Counted from the first letter of the stretch, positions 6,592-14,916 are shown. The stretch is 24,000 nt of DNA from Planctomycetaceae bacterium (GCA_002685935.1 NYZD01000179.1:11059-35058); one strand, 5' to 3'. Program-made: numbers and translations. Notes: generated by a model not told the origin, from the letters alone.

Positions 6592-8298
6592 TTGACCGTT
6601 ACCTCGACCGCCTCGTTGGCGCCCGCGACGACCACCCGGAGCGAACCGATCCTCGCAATCGGACCGATCGTCCTCGTGGAGGATCAGCCGGAGCCGCAAC
6701 TGTGGGTCACCCGATGGCAACAGGTCGGCCGTCTCGATCGTCGCCGCGCGACGATCGCCGTGGCCCGCACCGCGGCATCGATCGAACTGTCCCAGCGCGC
6801 CGCAGCGGACCACTGGCGCGGGCGGGCCGTGACGATTCTGCAGCCGCTGCTGTTGGCCGGCGGCGACGCCGGCACCGTACCCGTGGTGAACGGGCGCCTC
6901 GCGGCCGTCGAGATAGCGGCCGACGCCGGTAGCGACGAATTGTCGTTCGATGTGATTGATGAATTCGACGCGCTGTTGGATCAACCGGTTAATTCCGAGA
7001 CGTTCGATACGCCACCCGCCGATGCAACCGCGGACGAGATCCTTGCCATCCGTGCGGGACAATGGTCGTTGTCGCAGTCGATTCGTCGTATCAATGAACT
7101 GACCGCACTCAACCTGTCGGCATCACTGTTGGCGCCGGCCGCCGCGCGACGCACCGTGTCGCAACGAATGTTCAATGGTGCGTCGATCAGATTGGTACTC
7201 GAGCGTGTATTGACCGCACATGATCTGTACCTGCAGAGAGCATTACGGTGGGACGGCCGCGGCGTCCGTGAGTCGCGCCATGTGCGCGCGGCGCACGACA
7301 TGCGACCTGTGCAATTGGGACTGGGTGATCTGGCGGATGCCAACAGCACGATCAACGCCGTGCAATCGATGCTGCGCGCCGGTCGGCCGGCGAAGCTGAT
7401 TGCCGAGGCCGACGGCCAGGTCGTCGAGTCCACCTTCACGCTCGTTGGTGGCTGGGATCCAGCGCTCGAGTCCCTGCCCGACAGCGAATACGCACGATCC
7501 ACGAGCACGGATTTCGATGCCGTCGCCCCCGTGTTCCGCCTGTGGACCCTAAATGAAGACGGCGCGTGGAGCGATCCGCCGTTCAGTCGAGGTCCGGCGT
7601 TCGATCTGACCGCGCTGTTTGATGATGGCCGAGCAGTAGATGCCCAACCGCTCGTCTTTCGTGACGCACTGACGCAGACCGATCCGGGCGTGAGTGTCGG
7701 CATCGTGGTCGACATCAGCACGGACAGCGGATCGAGCTGGACTCGCTATCCGGGACAGGTGGTCGTGTTGGATGATCGGGCGGCCGTCTATCTGGATGAT
7801 GACGCATTGCCCGCCGGCTTCATCACCGCCGGCAAAGCCGATGCCGCACGCGTTCGCGTCACGGCGTCGCTGCGCAGTCCATTGCCGCTGACCGGGACCC
7901 GCTGGCGCGGCAATCCGTTCGCCGGATCGTTCCAGACGCATCGGTTTCGACTCGGCCGACAGTTTCAGCATCAGCGTCTTTCATCCAACAGCAAGTATTT
8001 CAACGATGTCCGATCGGCGCAGCGCGAAGCGGACGAGGCCGACGATCGCCCCGCGATGGCGCAATGGCTGATGGATCAGGCGGAGCGACTTCCCCGGGAA
8101 GCCGGTGAGCTGAAGCTGCGCACCGCTGACCTGCAGATCGCCCTGCGCCCGGGTGACCGGCTGACCGAGGTCGCGGGTCGCCAGATCGCCGGCGATCTGA
8201 ACGATCCCGCCGCGCCCGGCCCGGCCGTGCATCTATGCGACATCGAACACGACTTGAACCGGCACACGAGTCAACTGGCCTGGCGGGTGAGCGGATGA
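6592..8298 (+). CDS. Hypothetical phage structural protein (568 aa); the C-terminus resembles the end of gpD / baseplate-hub (Phage_GPD) proteins
   Basis: TTG at 6592 follows AGGAG (6579-6583). The C-terminal pattern LQIALRPGDRLTEVAG....AVHLCDIEHDL..HTSQLAW is similar in logic to the P2 gpD/VgrG-core ending (..pG..l.l.G.....w.i..v.H.l...GY.T.l). This is recollection, not a search result. Confidence 0.55.
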   Translation: MTVTSTASLAPATTTRSEPILAIGPIVLVEDQPEPQLWVTRWQQVGRLDRRRATIAVARTAASIELSQRAAADHWRGRAVTILQPLLLAGGDAGTVPVVNGRLAAVEIAADAGSDELSFDVIDEFDALLDQPVNSETFDTPPADATADEILAIRAGQWSLSQSIRRINELTALNLSASLLAPAAARRTVSQRMFNGASIRLVLERVLTAHDLYLQRALRWDGRGVRESRHVRAAHDMRPVQLGLGDLADANSTINAVQSMLRAGRPAKLIAEADGQVVESTFTLVGGWDPALESLPDSEYARSTSTDFDAVAPVFRLWTLNEDGAWSDPPFSRGPAFDLTALFDDGRAVDAQPLVFRDALTQTDPGVSVGIVVDISTDSGSSWTRYPGQVVVLDDRAAVYLDDDALPAGFITAGKADAARVRVTASLRSPLPLTGTRWRGNPFAGSFQTHRFRLGRQFQHQRLSSNSKYFNDVRSAQREADEADDRPAMAQWLMDQAERLPREAGELKLRTADLQIALRPGDRLTEVAGRQIAGDLNDPAAPGPAVHLCDIEHDLNRHTSQLAWRVSG

Positions 8299-8579
8299 TC
8301 GGACAAGCAGACATGCTTGACGCGATGGTGCAGTTCGGCGTCGCCGGCCTGATGGGCGTGCTGTGGGTGTGGGAACGCGCCCATTCCAGGCAACGCGAGC
8401 GCCAGCTCACCGAAGCGCACCATCGCATCGTCAATCAGAACGAAGCGCTCACCACTTTAATCAAACTGGCTCGGCAGAACACGCGCGCGGTGGTCGGATT
8501 TGAACGCACCCAGCGCCGGGTCTGCGACATTCTTCAGGAGATTCGTCATGAATTGGCACGTGACCCACGGTCGGATTAG
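8295..8579 (+). CDS. Small membrane protein (94 aa): one N-terminal TM helix plus a charged coiled-coil tail; i-spanin-like or holin-like
   Basis: ATG at 8295 overlaps the upstream stop (ATGA). The TM segment is MVQFGVAGLMGVLWVW, followed by ERAHSRQRERQLTEAHHRIVNQNEALTTLIKLARQ. Confidence 0.55.
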   Translation: MIGQADMLDAMVQFGVAGLMGVLWVWERAHSRQRERQLTEAHHRIVNQNEALTTLIKLARQNTRAVVGFERTQRRVCDILQEIRHELARDPRSD

Positions 8580-9069
8580 TCGACGGCGTATCAGTCGGAG
8601 GCCGCGCCGACGCGCATTGGCGGCATCGGGCGTTCTGTTCCCCGTATTGCTGTTGTGCGCGTGTGCATCGCCGCCTTCGGTTGTGCCCTTGCTTCGGGTC
8701 AGCGCGTCCGCCGTCGACGCGGAGCGCGCACGACTCGCGACCGACCTGACTCGACTAGCGCAATCGTACGACCAGCGGCGCCAATTGCTCAAAAGCGGAT
8801 TCGAGGCCGATGTCAACGCGCGACCCTCAATGGATGCCGAGTGGGTCACGCGCGGCGTGACGGCCTATGTGGCTGCACGTGAGCTGGTGCTGCGTGACGA
8901 GCTGGCCGCGGCGGGCAACCTGCAAACCAGACAAGCGAATCTCGGCCACGTCAGCGAAGCCCTGCGGCGGGCCGTCGCCCTGATCGAACAACAGGATCAT
9001 CTGCTGAAGCGCGTGCCGGATCTGCGCCGCTGGCTGAATGATGCCGCCGCGCAAGGAGATCTCCCATGA
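8548..9069 (+). CDS. Arg-rich signal / lipobox-like protein with a coiled-coil ectodomain (173 aa); o-spanin-like or other envelope protein
   Basis: ATG at 8548 follows AGGAG (8536-8540). The gene starts 32 nt inside the preceding gene, in another frame. The N-terminus is RRRISRRPRRRALAASGVLFPVLLLCACASPPSVVP: Arg-rich, hydrophobic, then Cys and a Pro-rich stretch. Confidence 0.55.
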   Translation: MNWHVTHGRISRRRISRRPRRRALAASGVLFPVLLLCACASPPSVVPLLRVSASAVDAERARLATDLTRLAQSYDQRRQLLKSGFEADVNARPSMDAEWVTRGVTAYVAARELVLRDELAAAGNLQTRQANLGHVSEALRRAVALIEQQDHLLKRVPDLRRWLNDAAAQGDLP

Positions 9070-9347
9070 GTCCGACCCGCCCTTCAATGGCCGCAACCGC
9101 ACTGCGAGACCTGGTCGACCAGCGGCTTGATGTGCGCTGGGACCGGTTCGAAGCCGACCATCCGAATCTCGCCGCCGCCATCGAGCGCGTAACCCTCATC
9201 GATGCAACCGTCGAGCGGTTGGCTGATGACCCGGCCTACCGCGCAGCGATGGAAGCCGCCGGTCACGACGAGAGGGTGCTCGCCGCTGCGGCGAAGCTGG
9301 GCGAAGTGATCGATCGCTGGGTGGACCGCGCCCTGCTCATGTTGTGA
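9066..9347 (+). CDS. Hypothetical helical protein (93 aa)
   Basis: ATG at 9066 overlaps the upstream stop (ATGA). The product is a soluble Ala/Asp/Arg-rich helical sequence with no recognisable family. Confidence 0.5.
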   Translation: MSPTRPSMAATALRDLVDQRLDVRWDRFEADHPNLAAAIERVTLIDATVERLADDPAYRAAMEAAGHDERVLAAAAKLGEVIDRWVDRALLML

Positions 9348-9412
9348 ACTGGCGTGACGAATCGGTCGTACGGCTCTTGAACCCAAGCCCCGCCCGCCTT
9401 ACGCTGATAATC

Positions 9413-9970
9413 GTGAAACACCGCGCGACATTCCTGGTGCTGATCATCTCACTGTCGGTGAGCGGCGGATGTGATATGGCGCAGCCCAAGGGCGGCGCGC
9501 AGCTCATGTCCGCCGACGTCGGCGCGACCGAATGGCCCTTCGCCCCCGCCGCCATGCGCATTCACCCGTTCACGCAGATCACCGTGGACGCCGAGACCGG
9601 CTCGCCCATGCTCGATGCCCACATCGAACTGCTGGATCAGGCCGGCGATGTGACCAAGGGCATCGGCACGCTACGATTCGAACTGGTCTCAGTCAGTGAT
9701 CGCGCCTCGGCGTCGGCGGTGAATGACCGGCGCATCGAGATGTGGGACGTGGCCCTCGAGACCCTCGATGACAATCTTCAGCACTTCGACCGAATCACGC
9801 GGACCTATGGGTTCAAGCTGAAACTCAACGCGCCACCGGACAATAAAGCCCGCCTTCGCCTGCACGCGCAATTCACCAAACCCACCGGCAACCGCCTCAC
9901 CGCCGAGATGCTCGTCAAATCTTCGAAGCGGACGAACCCCGCGCCGACGGAATCAGCCAACGACAACTAA
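9413..9970 (+). CDS. Putative lipoprotein (185 aa), the last gene of the co-directional block
   Basis: GTG at 9413 gives a classical signal, VKHRATFLVLIISLSVSGGC (lipobox-like SGGC). The alternative GTG at 9344 (GTGA overlap with the upstream stop) would add 23 residues. The mature part is beta-rich with a basic C-terminal tail. Confidence 0.55.
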   Translation: MKHRATFLVLIISLSVSGGCDMAQPKGGAQLMSADVGATEWPFAPAAMRIHPFTQITVDAETGSPMLDAHIELLDQAGDVTKGIGTLRFELVSVSDRASASAVNDRRIEMWDVALETLDDNLQHFDRITRTYGFKLKLNAPPDNKARLRLHAQFTKPTGNRLTAEMLVKSSKRTNPAPTESANDN

Positions 9971-9978
9971 CCGAGTGA

Positions 9979-11448
9979 TTACCCGCCGTCGACGACCGTG
10001 CTGAGTTCGGTGATCAATCGATCAGCCGCGCCCTGATCGATCGCTTCGACAATGATGCGCATGATCGGCTCGGTGTTGCTTGGCCGCACGTGGGCCCAGG
10101 CGTCGGGCCAATCGATGCGGATGCCGTCCTGCAAGTCGAGGCGTTGGTCGGCATATTGCTCGCCGAGTTGCTCGATCGCGCGCTGGGCCATGCCCTCGGC
10201 GATGGGCAGCTTGCCCTTGAGTATTGTGTAACGGGGGAACTTGCGTGTCAGTTGTGAGATGCGCTCGTCAGATTGGGCGAGCAGCTCCAACACCAGCCCG
10301 ATGCCCGACAGCGAATCGCGCACGTGGAGCATTCTCGGCCACATGATGCCGCCGTTGCCCTCGCCGCCGATCACCGCATCGACCTGACGCATCACGTTCG
10401 CCACGTTCGCTTCGCCCACCGCCGAGCGATGCACGGTGGCGCCGCACTGTGCCGCGATGTCATCGATCATCCGGGAGGTCGAAAGGTTCGCCACCGCCGC
10501 GCCCGGGGTCTGCGACAGCACGTGATACGCGGTGAGCGCCAGCGTGTATTCCTCGCCGATGTATCGGCCCGCTTCGTCGACGATGGCCAACCGGTCGCCA
10601 TCCGGATCCTGCGCGAGACCCAGGTCCGCGCCGTGTTCGGTCACCGCCGCGCCCAGTCCCCGCAGATTCTCTTCGGTCGGCTCGGGCGCGTGTGGGAACT
10701 GTCCGGTCGGTTCGGCGAACAGGTGCACGAATTCCACACCAAGCGCGTTCAGCAGTCGCGCCGTCGCAGGTCCGCCCGCGCCGTGCACCGAATCCAACAC
10801 GACCTTCAGCTCACGTTTGCGGATCGCGTCCACATCCAATCGTTCCAGCAGCATTGCCACGTGTGTGTCGGCGCCCGAATCTTTGCGCGACGTGGTGTGA
10901 ACCTGATCGATGTCCACCCAATCGGTGTCATCGTTCTCAAATCGTTCGATGATCTGCGCCGCCTGATCCGGTGGCGGCGCCACGCCGTCGGCCCGTAGCG
11001 TCTTGACGCCGTTCCATTCAATCGGGTTGTGCGATGCGGTCACGACCACGCCGCCGTCCGCGCCCATCTGTCCGATCATGATCGCCGTGGTCGGCGTGGT
11101 GACGATCCCCAGATCCGTCACGCGGCAGCCCACCCCGGCCAGCCCCGCGATCACCGACGCGCTGATCGTCTGCCCCGACGGCCGACTGTCGCGCCCGACG
11201 ATCACGTGTGGCGCATCGGCGCCCGTCAGCTGGCGCAGCCACGATCCCACCGTCGCGCCATATCGTGTGGCAACCGGTGGAGTCAGCGAGCGGCCGATCA
11301 GGCCGCGCATCCCGCTGATCGATAACATCAATGGCGCGTCATTCACCGATGGTGTCACTCCGGGGGCGACGAGGGCCTCGGTCATTCCGGCCGTTCCGGG
11401 TTCCGGTGTTCCGGGGGTGGTCATTCTACTGATATCGGTCAATCGCAC
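9979..11448 (-). CDS. Alpha-D-phosphohexomutase family enzyme (phosphoglucosamine mutase / phosphomannomutase-like)
   Basis: All four family signatures are present: TASHNP (phospho-Ser loop), DPDGDR (Mg loop), GEGNGG (sugar loop) and RPSNTEP (phosphate loop). The exact start is uncertain; candidates are GTG 11448, ATG 11424 and ATG 11388. Confidence 0.85.
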   Translation of the reverse strand: MRLTDISRMTTPGTPEPGTAGMTEALVAPGVTPSVNDAPLMLSISGMRGLIGRSLTPPVATRYGATVGSWLRQLTGADAPHVIVGRDSRPSGQTISASVIAGLAGVGCRVTDLGIVTTPTTAIMIGQMGADGGVVVTASHNPIEWNGVKTLRADGVAPPPDQAAQIIERFENDDTDWVDIDQVHTTSRKDSGADTHVAMLLERLDVDAIRKRELKVVLDSVHGAGGPATARLLNALGVEFVHLFAEPTGQFPHAPEPTEENLRGLGAAVTEHGADLGLAQDPDGDRLAIVDEAGRYIGEEYTLALTAYHVLSQTPGAAVANLSTSRMIDDIAAQCGATVHRSAVGEANVANVMRQVDAVIGGEGNGGIMWPRMLHVRDSLSGIGLVLELLAQSDERISQLTRKFPRYTILKGKLPIAEGMAQRAIEQLGEQYADQRLDLQDGIRIDWPDAWAHVRPSNTEPIMRIIVEAIDQGAADRLITELSTVVDGG

Positions 11449-11510
11449 CCGGGAGTGTGGTGCGGTAATCGTCGGCTATACTTCACGCCTATCACCACGG
11501 GAATACCGCC

Positions 11511-11876
11511 TTGTATGAGATCAGAATCGAACGCGTCTTCCACGCGGCCCACGCCCTGAAACTGCCCGATGGGTCGATGGAGCCGATGCATGCCCACGAC
11601 TGGCAGGTGTTCGTGCACGTCATCAGCGATCAGTTGAATGCAATGGAAACCGTGATGGATTTTCACGAACTGCAGCGCATTGTCGACAGCGCGATCGTCC
11701 CGCTGGACCAAACCACATTGAACGACGAGCCGGCGTTCGCGACCGTCAACCCCTCGGCCGAGCGCGTCGCCGAACATCTATATCAGGCCATTGCCGCCCA
11801 GTTATCCGATGAAGTGAAGCTGAACCGCGTAACCGTCACCGAAGCGCCGGGTTGCCGGGCGTCGTATTGGCAATAG
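11511..11876 (+). CDS. 6-pyruvoyl-tetrahydropterin synthase / QueD family protein (121 aa), atypical active site
   Basis: TTG start. Product MYEIRIERVFHAAHAL...MHAHDW...MDFHEL...LDQTTLND...VTVTEAPGCRASY matches the PTPS/QueD fold pattern with the three Zn-ligand His. The canonical Cys before HxH and the His of the DH pair appear to be replaced (Met, Gln). Confidence 0.75.
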   Translation: MYEIRIERVFHAAHALKLPDGSMEPMHAHDWQVFVHVISDQLNAMETVMDFHELQRIVDSAIVPLDQTTLNDEPAFATVNPSAERVAEHLYQAIAAQLSDEVKLNRVTVTEAPGCRASYWQ

Positions 11877-11911
11877 GCCCAATCCGGACGCACGATGCAA
11901 TGCGCCACAGG

Positions 11912-13027
11912 TCACACAACCCGCAGCGGCTCCGCATCGCGCTTCGAAACGTCGATCCGCACGCCCCTGCCCAATTCCGCCGCCAGTTTCTTTTTGAGCA
12001 CCGGCAGGTAGCCGCGCTCGGTGTTCGTGTGGTCGCAGAGGATCACGCTCGTTCCCGCTTCGACCGCGGCCAGCACATCGTGATGCCGCATCTCCCCGGT
12101 GAGATACACATCCGCTGATGCGCCGCCCAATACAGATCCCCCCGCGCCGGCGCACAGTGCGATGTTCCGGATCGTCCCGCCCCGCCGATGTCCCTTAGCC
12201 GCCGCGACGCGCACGTGACTGAGCTTCAGATGTCGTTTCACGCGCTGCACGATCGTCGCCAGTCTGGCCGGCCGCTTCAGCGCCACGCTCCGCCCGTAAC
12301 CGATGTGCGTCGTCGGTTTCGCCGCCAGCCGATACACATCCCACGCCGGCTCTTCGTAGGGATGCACTTCTCGGATCGCCGCTTCGATCCGCGGCAGCGC
12401 GGCGCCCTCGCACGACATCTCAAGTCGCACTTCATCCACTCGTTCGAGCCGATTCGCTTGTCCCACCACCGGATGCGTCCCCGGCCCGCCGCGAAACGTG
12501 CCCGTGCCCGTCACACCGAACGAGCACTCACGGTAATCGCCGATCCACCCAGCCAACCCTTTGAGCTGCTCACGCATCCGATCGACATGATCCGCCGGCA
12601 CAAATGCCACCAGCTTGCAGTCATTCAGATCATCCGTCGCCGGCAACGATTCCATCGCGCCCACATCACCCGGCCCCAATCCCTCTGCCAACCAATCATT
12701 CACTCCGCCCGACGCCGCATCCAGCGCCGTGTGTGGCGAATAGACCGCGACCCGCCGCTCGATCAGCGCAGCCAATCGACCGTGCACGCGTTTGATCGGT
12801 TCAAAGATCGGCGGGTGATACGCCACAATCATCGACGCTCTTGCCGCGATCGCCTCATCGACCACCGGTGCGGCCAGGTCGATCGTCAGCAACATCCGTT
12901 CAATCCGCCGCGGCCGCGCCGGCGCCAGCAAAAGACCCACGTTGTCCCACGCCGCTGCGTAACTTAGCGGTGCGATCCGGTCCAGAACATCAAGCACTGT
13001 GTTCAGTGTCGCAGCCATGTCGGCCAT
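11912..13027 (-). CDS. Nif3-like dinuclear metal centre protein (NIF3/YbgI family, long form with inserted domain)
   Basis: The N-terminus ...LDRIAPLSYAAAWDNVGLLL.., then IVAYHPPIF, AVYSPHTALDA and the C-terminal ALCAGAGGSVL...YLTGEMRHHD are hallmark NIF3 motifs. The length of 371 aa is typical of the form with a PII-like insert. Confidence 0.85.
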   Translation of the reverse strand: MADMAATLNTVLDVLDRIAPLSYAAAWDNVGLLLAPARPRRIERMLLTIDLAAPVVDEAIAARASMIVAYHPPIFEPIKRVHGRLAALIERRVAVYSPHTALDAASGGVNDWLAEGLGPGDVGAMESLPATDDLNDCKLVAFVPADHVDRMREQLKGLAGWIGDYRECSFGVTGTGTFRGGPGTHPVVGQANRLERVDEVRLEMSCEGAALPRIEAAIREVHPYEEPAWDVYRLAAKPTTHIGYGRSVALKRPARLATIVQRVKRHLKLSHVRVAAAKGHRRGGTIRNIALCAGAGGSVLGGASADVYLTGEMRHHDVLAAVEAGTSVILCDHTNTERGYLPVLKKKLAAELGRGVRIDVSKRDAEPLRVV

Positions 13028-13031
13028 CAGT

Positions 13032-13682
13032 CTAACCCGAATCGCTTGGCTCGGGTTGAATGATCCGGTCCGCCCGCTCGCGTGTCGCCTTCACCACCGC
13101 CGCGTTGGCCAAATCGTTCGCCGCGATCTTGCCGTCCGCCGCTTCCGCATCCAGGCCCCCCGCCATGTGCCGGTCGCGCACCCGCCGCATCGCCACGTCG
13201 TCCGGCGTGTCGAGATACCACACCTCATCCAGCCACGGCCGCACGCCATCCCACGGCGGCTCATCGTGCAACAGGTAGTTGCCGTCCACGATCACCAACC
13301 GTGTTCTTGCCTCAACGATCTGCGCATCGAGGCGCGGTTCGTGAATCGCCCGATCGTAAATCGGCGCACGGACCGTCACCGCCGGCACGGCGCGCAATCG
13401 GGCTAACAGCGCCATGAATCCATCGACGTCAAACGTGTGTGGCGCCCCCTTGCGGCCCCGCCAGCCTCGCGCCTCAAGCTTCGCATTGCTGTAATGAAAC
13501 CCGTCCATCGCGACCACCGTCGCAAACGGATACTCGCCCCCGAGCCGTGCATGAATCCGGTCCACCAATCGCCCCGCAAACGTGCTCTTCCCCGAGCCCG
13601 GTATCCCGGTCACACCGATCAGAACACGCCCCGCGCGATTGCCGATCTGTTCGATCAGCAATTGGCTCAACCCATCAATCAC
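13032..13682 (-). CDS. P-loop nucleoside/nucleotide kinase family protein (FrcK / uridine-kinase-like, 216 aa)
   Basis: GTG at 13682 overlaps the PhoH2 stop (GTGA at 13679-13682). Motifs: Walker A GVTGIPGSGKST, then VVAMDGFHYSN, RKGAPHTFD and VIVDGNYLL. The longer 356-aa ORF in the track would overlap PhoH2 by 420 nt and is rejected. Confidence 0.75.
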   Translation of the reverse strand: MIDGLSQLLIEQIGNRAGRVLIGVTGIPGSGKSTFAGRLVDRIHARLGGEYPFATVVAMDGFHYSNAKLEARGWRGRKGAPHTFDVDGFMALLARLRAVPAVTVRAPIYDRAIHEPRLDAQIVEARTRLVIVDGNYLLHDEPPWDGVRPWLDEVWYLDTPDDVAMRRVRDRHMAGGLDAEAADGKIAANDLANAAVVKATRERADRIIQPEPSDSG

Positions 13683-14893
13683 AGCACTTCCGCCACGAGG
13701 CTCGCCAACTCCGACCGCTCCGATCGCTGCAGCAGCACGTGCCCCACGATGCCGTGGTCCTTGAGTTGCTCGACCATATACGACAGCCCGTTGCTCGATG
13801 AGTCCAGATACGGATTGTCGATCTGCTCGATGTCGCCGGTCAGCACCAGCTTCGTGCCCTCGCCCACGCGCGAGGCGATCGTCTTTACCTCGTGAGGCGT
13901 CAGGTTCTGCGCCTCGTCCACAATCATGAACTGATTCGGAATCGATCGGCCGCGGATATACGTCAGCGGTTCCAACACCAACACACCCGACCCCATCAGT
14001 TGTTGAATCCGCTGCTCGGTCGTCTTGGAATCCGGCGTCTGAGGCCCCGTCGTGCGACTCGACATCAAATAACCCAGGTTGTCGAATATCGGCTGCATCC
14101 ACGCTTCAAGCTTCTCGTCCTTCGATCCCGGTAGAAATCCAATGTCGCGCCCCATCGGCATGATCGGCCGTGCCACCAGCAATCGATCATACGCCTCATC
14201 CTGAACGACCCGCGTCAGCCCCGCCGCCACGGCGAGCAGCGTCTTGCCCGACCCCGCCGTGCCCAGCAATGTCACCAGCTTGATGTTCTCATCCATCAAC
14301 AGATCCAGTGCCATCGTCTGCTGCACGTTCCGCGCGATCACGCTGTACACCGGCTTGCGCGGCCCGGGCGCCGGGCTGATCACGTCCTCATCCCCCTTGC
14401 GCCGTCCGAGCCCGGTCTGTGATGCGTTCGTCGCGCTCCGCAGCAACACAAATTGATTGGCGAAGACCGTCGCTCCGTCCTCGTTCTCGTTGTCGACGTC
14501 ACCTTCGGCGATCGCGTCGCGCAGCGCATCCACGGGAAGTTTCTCTTCGCTGAACATCCGATCGATCAACTGCTGATCGACATCCAGCTCGATGTACCCC
14601 GTGTAGAGATGCGCCGCGTCAACCTTCTGTGCTTCGAAATCCTCCGTGGGAATGCCCAGCGTGTCGGATTTGATCCGGGCGTTGATGTCCTTGGAGATGA
14701 ACACCGTCCGCCGCCCCGACTTCAACAGATGCCACGCCACCGCGATGATCGCGTTGTCAGGTGACCCGTCCGTCAACTGCGGCGGCGGGTCGTACTCATT
14801 CAGATCCACCTGAATCAATCCGCCGTGACCGTCCCACGGCACACCATCGGACAGCCGGCCAAGATGCCGCAGCTTGTCCAGATGCCGAATCAC
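13679..14893 (-). CDS. PhoH2 (PIN-PhoH, YlaK-like) ATPase: large 3' portion holding the rest of the PIN domain and the PhoH P-loop domain
   Basis: Motifs: RPKN-like ARNVQQTMALDLL, Walker A GTAGSGKTLLAVAAG, LVARPIMPMGRDIGFLPG, EPLTYIRGRSI, IVDEAQNLTPHEVKT, GDIEQID. The frame stays open upstream of the annotated GTG and reads IDHTGRNARQVIRHLDKL, which continues the PIN domain. Confidence 0.85.
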   Translation of the reverse strand: MIRHLDKLRHLGRLSDGVPWDGHGGLIQVDLNEYDPPPQLTDGSPDNAIIAVAWHLLKSGRRTVFISKDINARIKSDTLGIPTEDFEAQKVDAAHLYTGYIELDVDQQLIDRMFSEEKLPVDALRDAIAEGDVDNENEDGATVFANQFVLLRSATNASQTGLGRRKGDEDVISPAPGPRKPVYSVIARNVQQTMALDLLMDENIKLVTLLGTAGSGKTLLAVAAGLTRVVQDEAYDRLLVARPIMPMGRDIGFLPGSKDEKLEAWMQPIFDNLGYLMSSRTTGPQTPDSKTTEQRIQQLMGSGVLVLEPLTYIRGRSIPNQFMIVDEAQNLTPHEVKTIASRVGEGTKLVLTGDIEQIDNPYLDSSSNGLSYMVEQLKDHGIVGHVLLQRSERSELASLVAEVL

Positions 14894-14916
14894 CTGTCGC
14901 GCGTTGCGACCCGTGT

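Noticed and set aside
9352-9372. Imperfect hairpin (cgtgacga-atcgg-tcgtacg) after the 93-aa gene, considered as a terminator or att core.
   Set aside because: The stem is short and bulged, with no U-tract. It cannot be tested for an att repeat because the other end of the element is outside the window.
11449-11510. Two possibilities: a preQ1 riboswitch upstream of the QueD-like gene, or that gene belonging to a phage 7-deazaguanine DNA-modification module.
   Set aside because: The 62-nt divergent spacer shows no preQ1-type motif. The gene is separated from the phage block by a housekeeping mutase on the opposite strand, and no folE/queC/queE/dpdA genes are nearby.
11877-11911. Possible bidirectional terminator between the convergent QueD-like and NIF3 genes (gacgcacgatgcaatgcgcc).
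   Set aside because: The stem is only about 5 bp with a mismatch and an 8-nt loop, and there is no U-tract. That is too weak to call.
13683-14102. 5' extension of the kinase ORF, which is 356 aa in the track.
   Set aside because: It would overlap the well-supported PhoH ATPase domain by 420 nt in another frame, and it encodes Arg/Gly/Asp-rich junk. GTG at 13682, in a GTGA overlap, gives a normal ~216-aa kinase with Walker A near the N-terminus.
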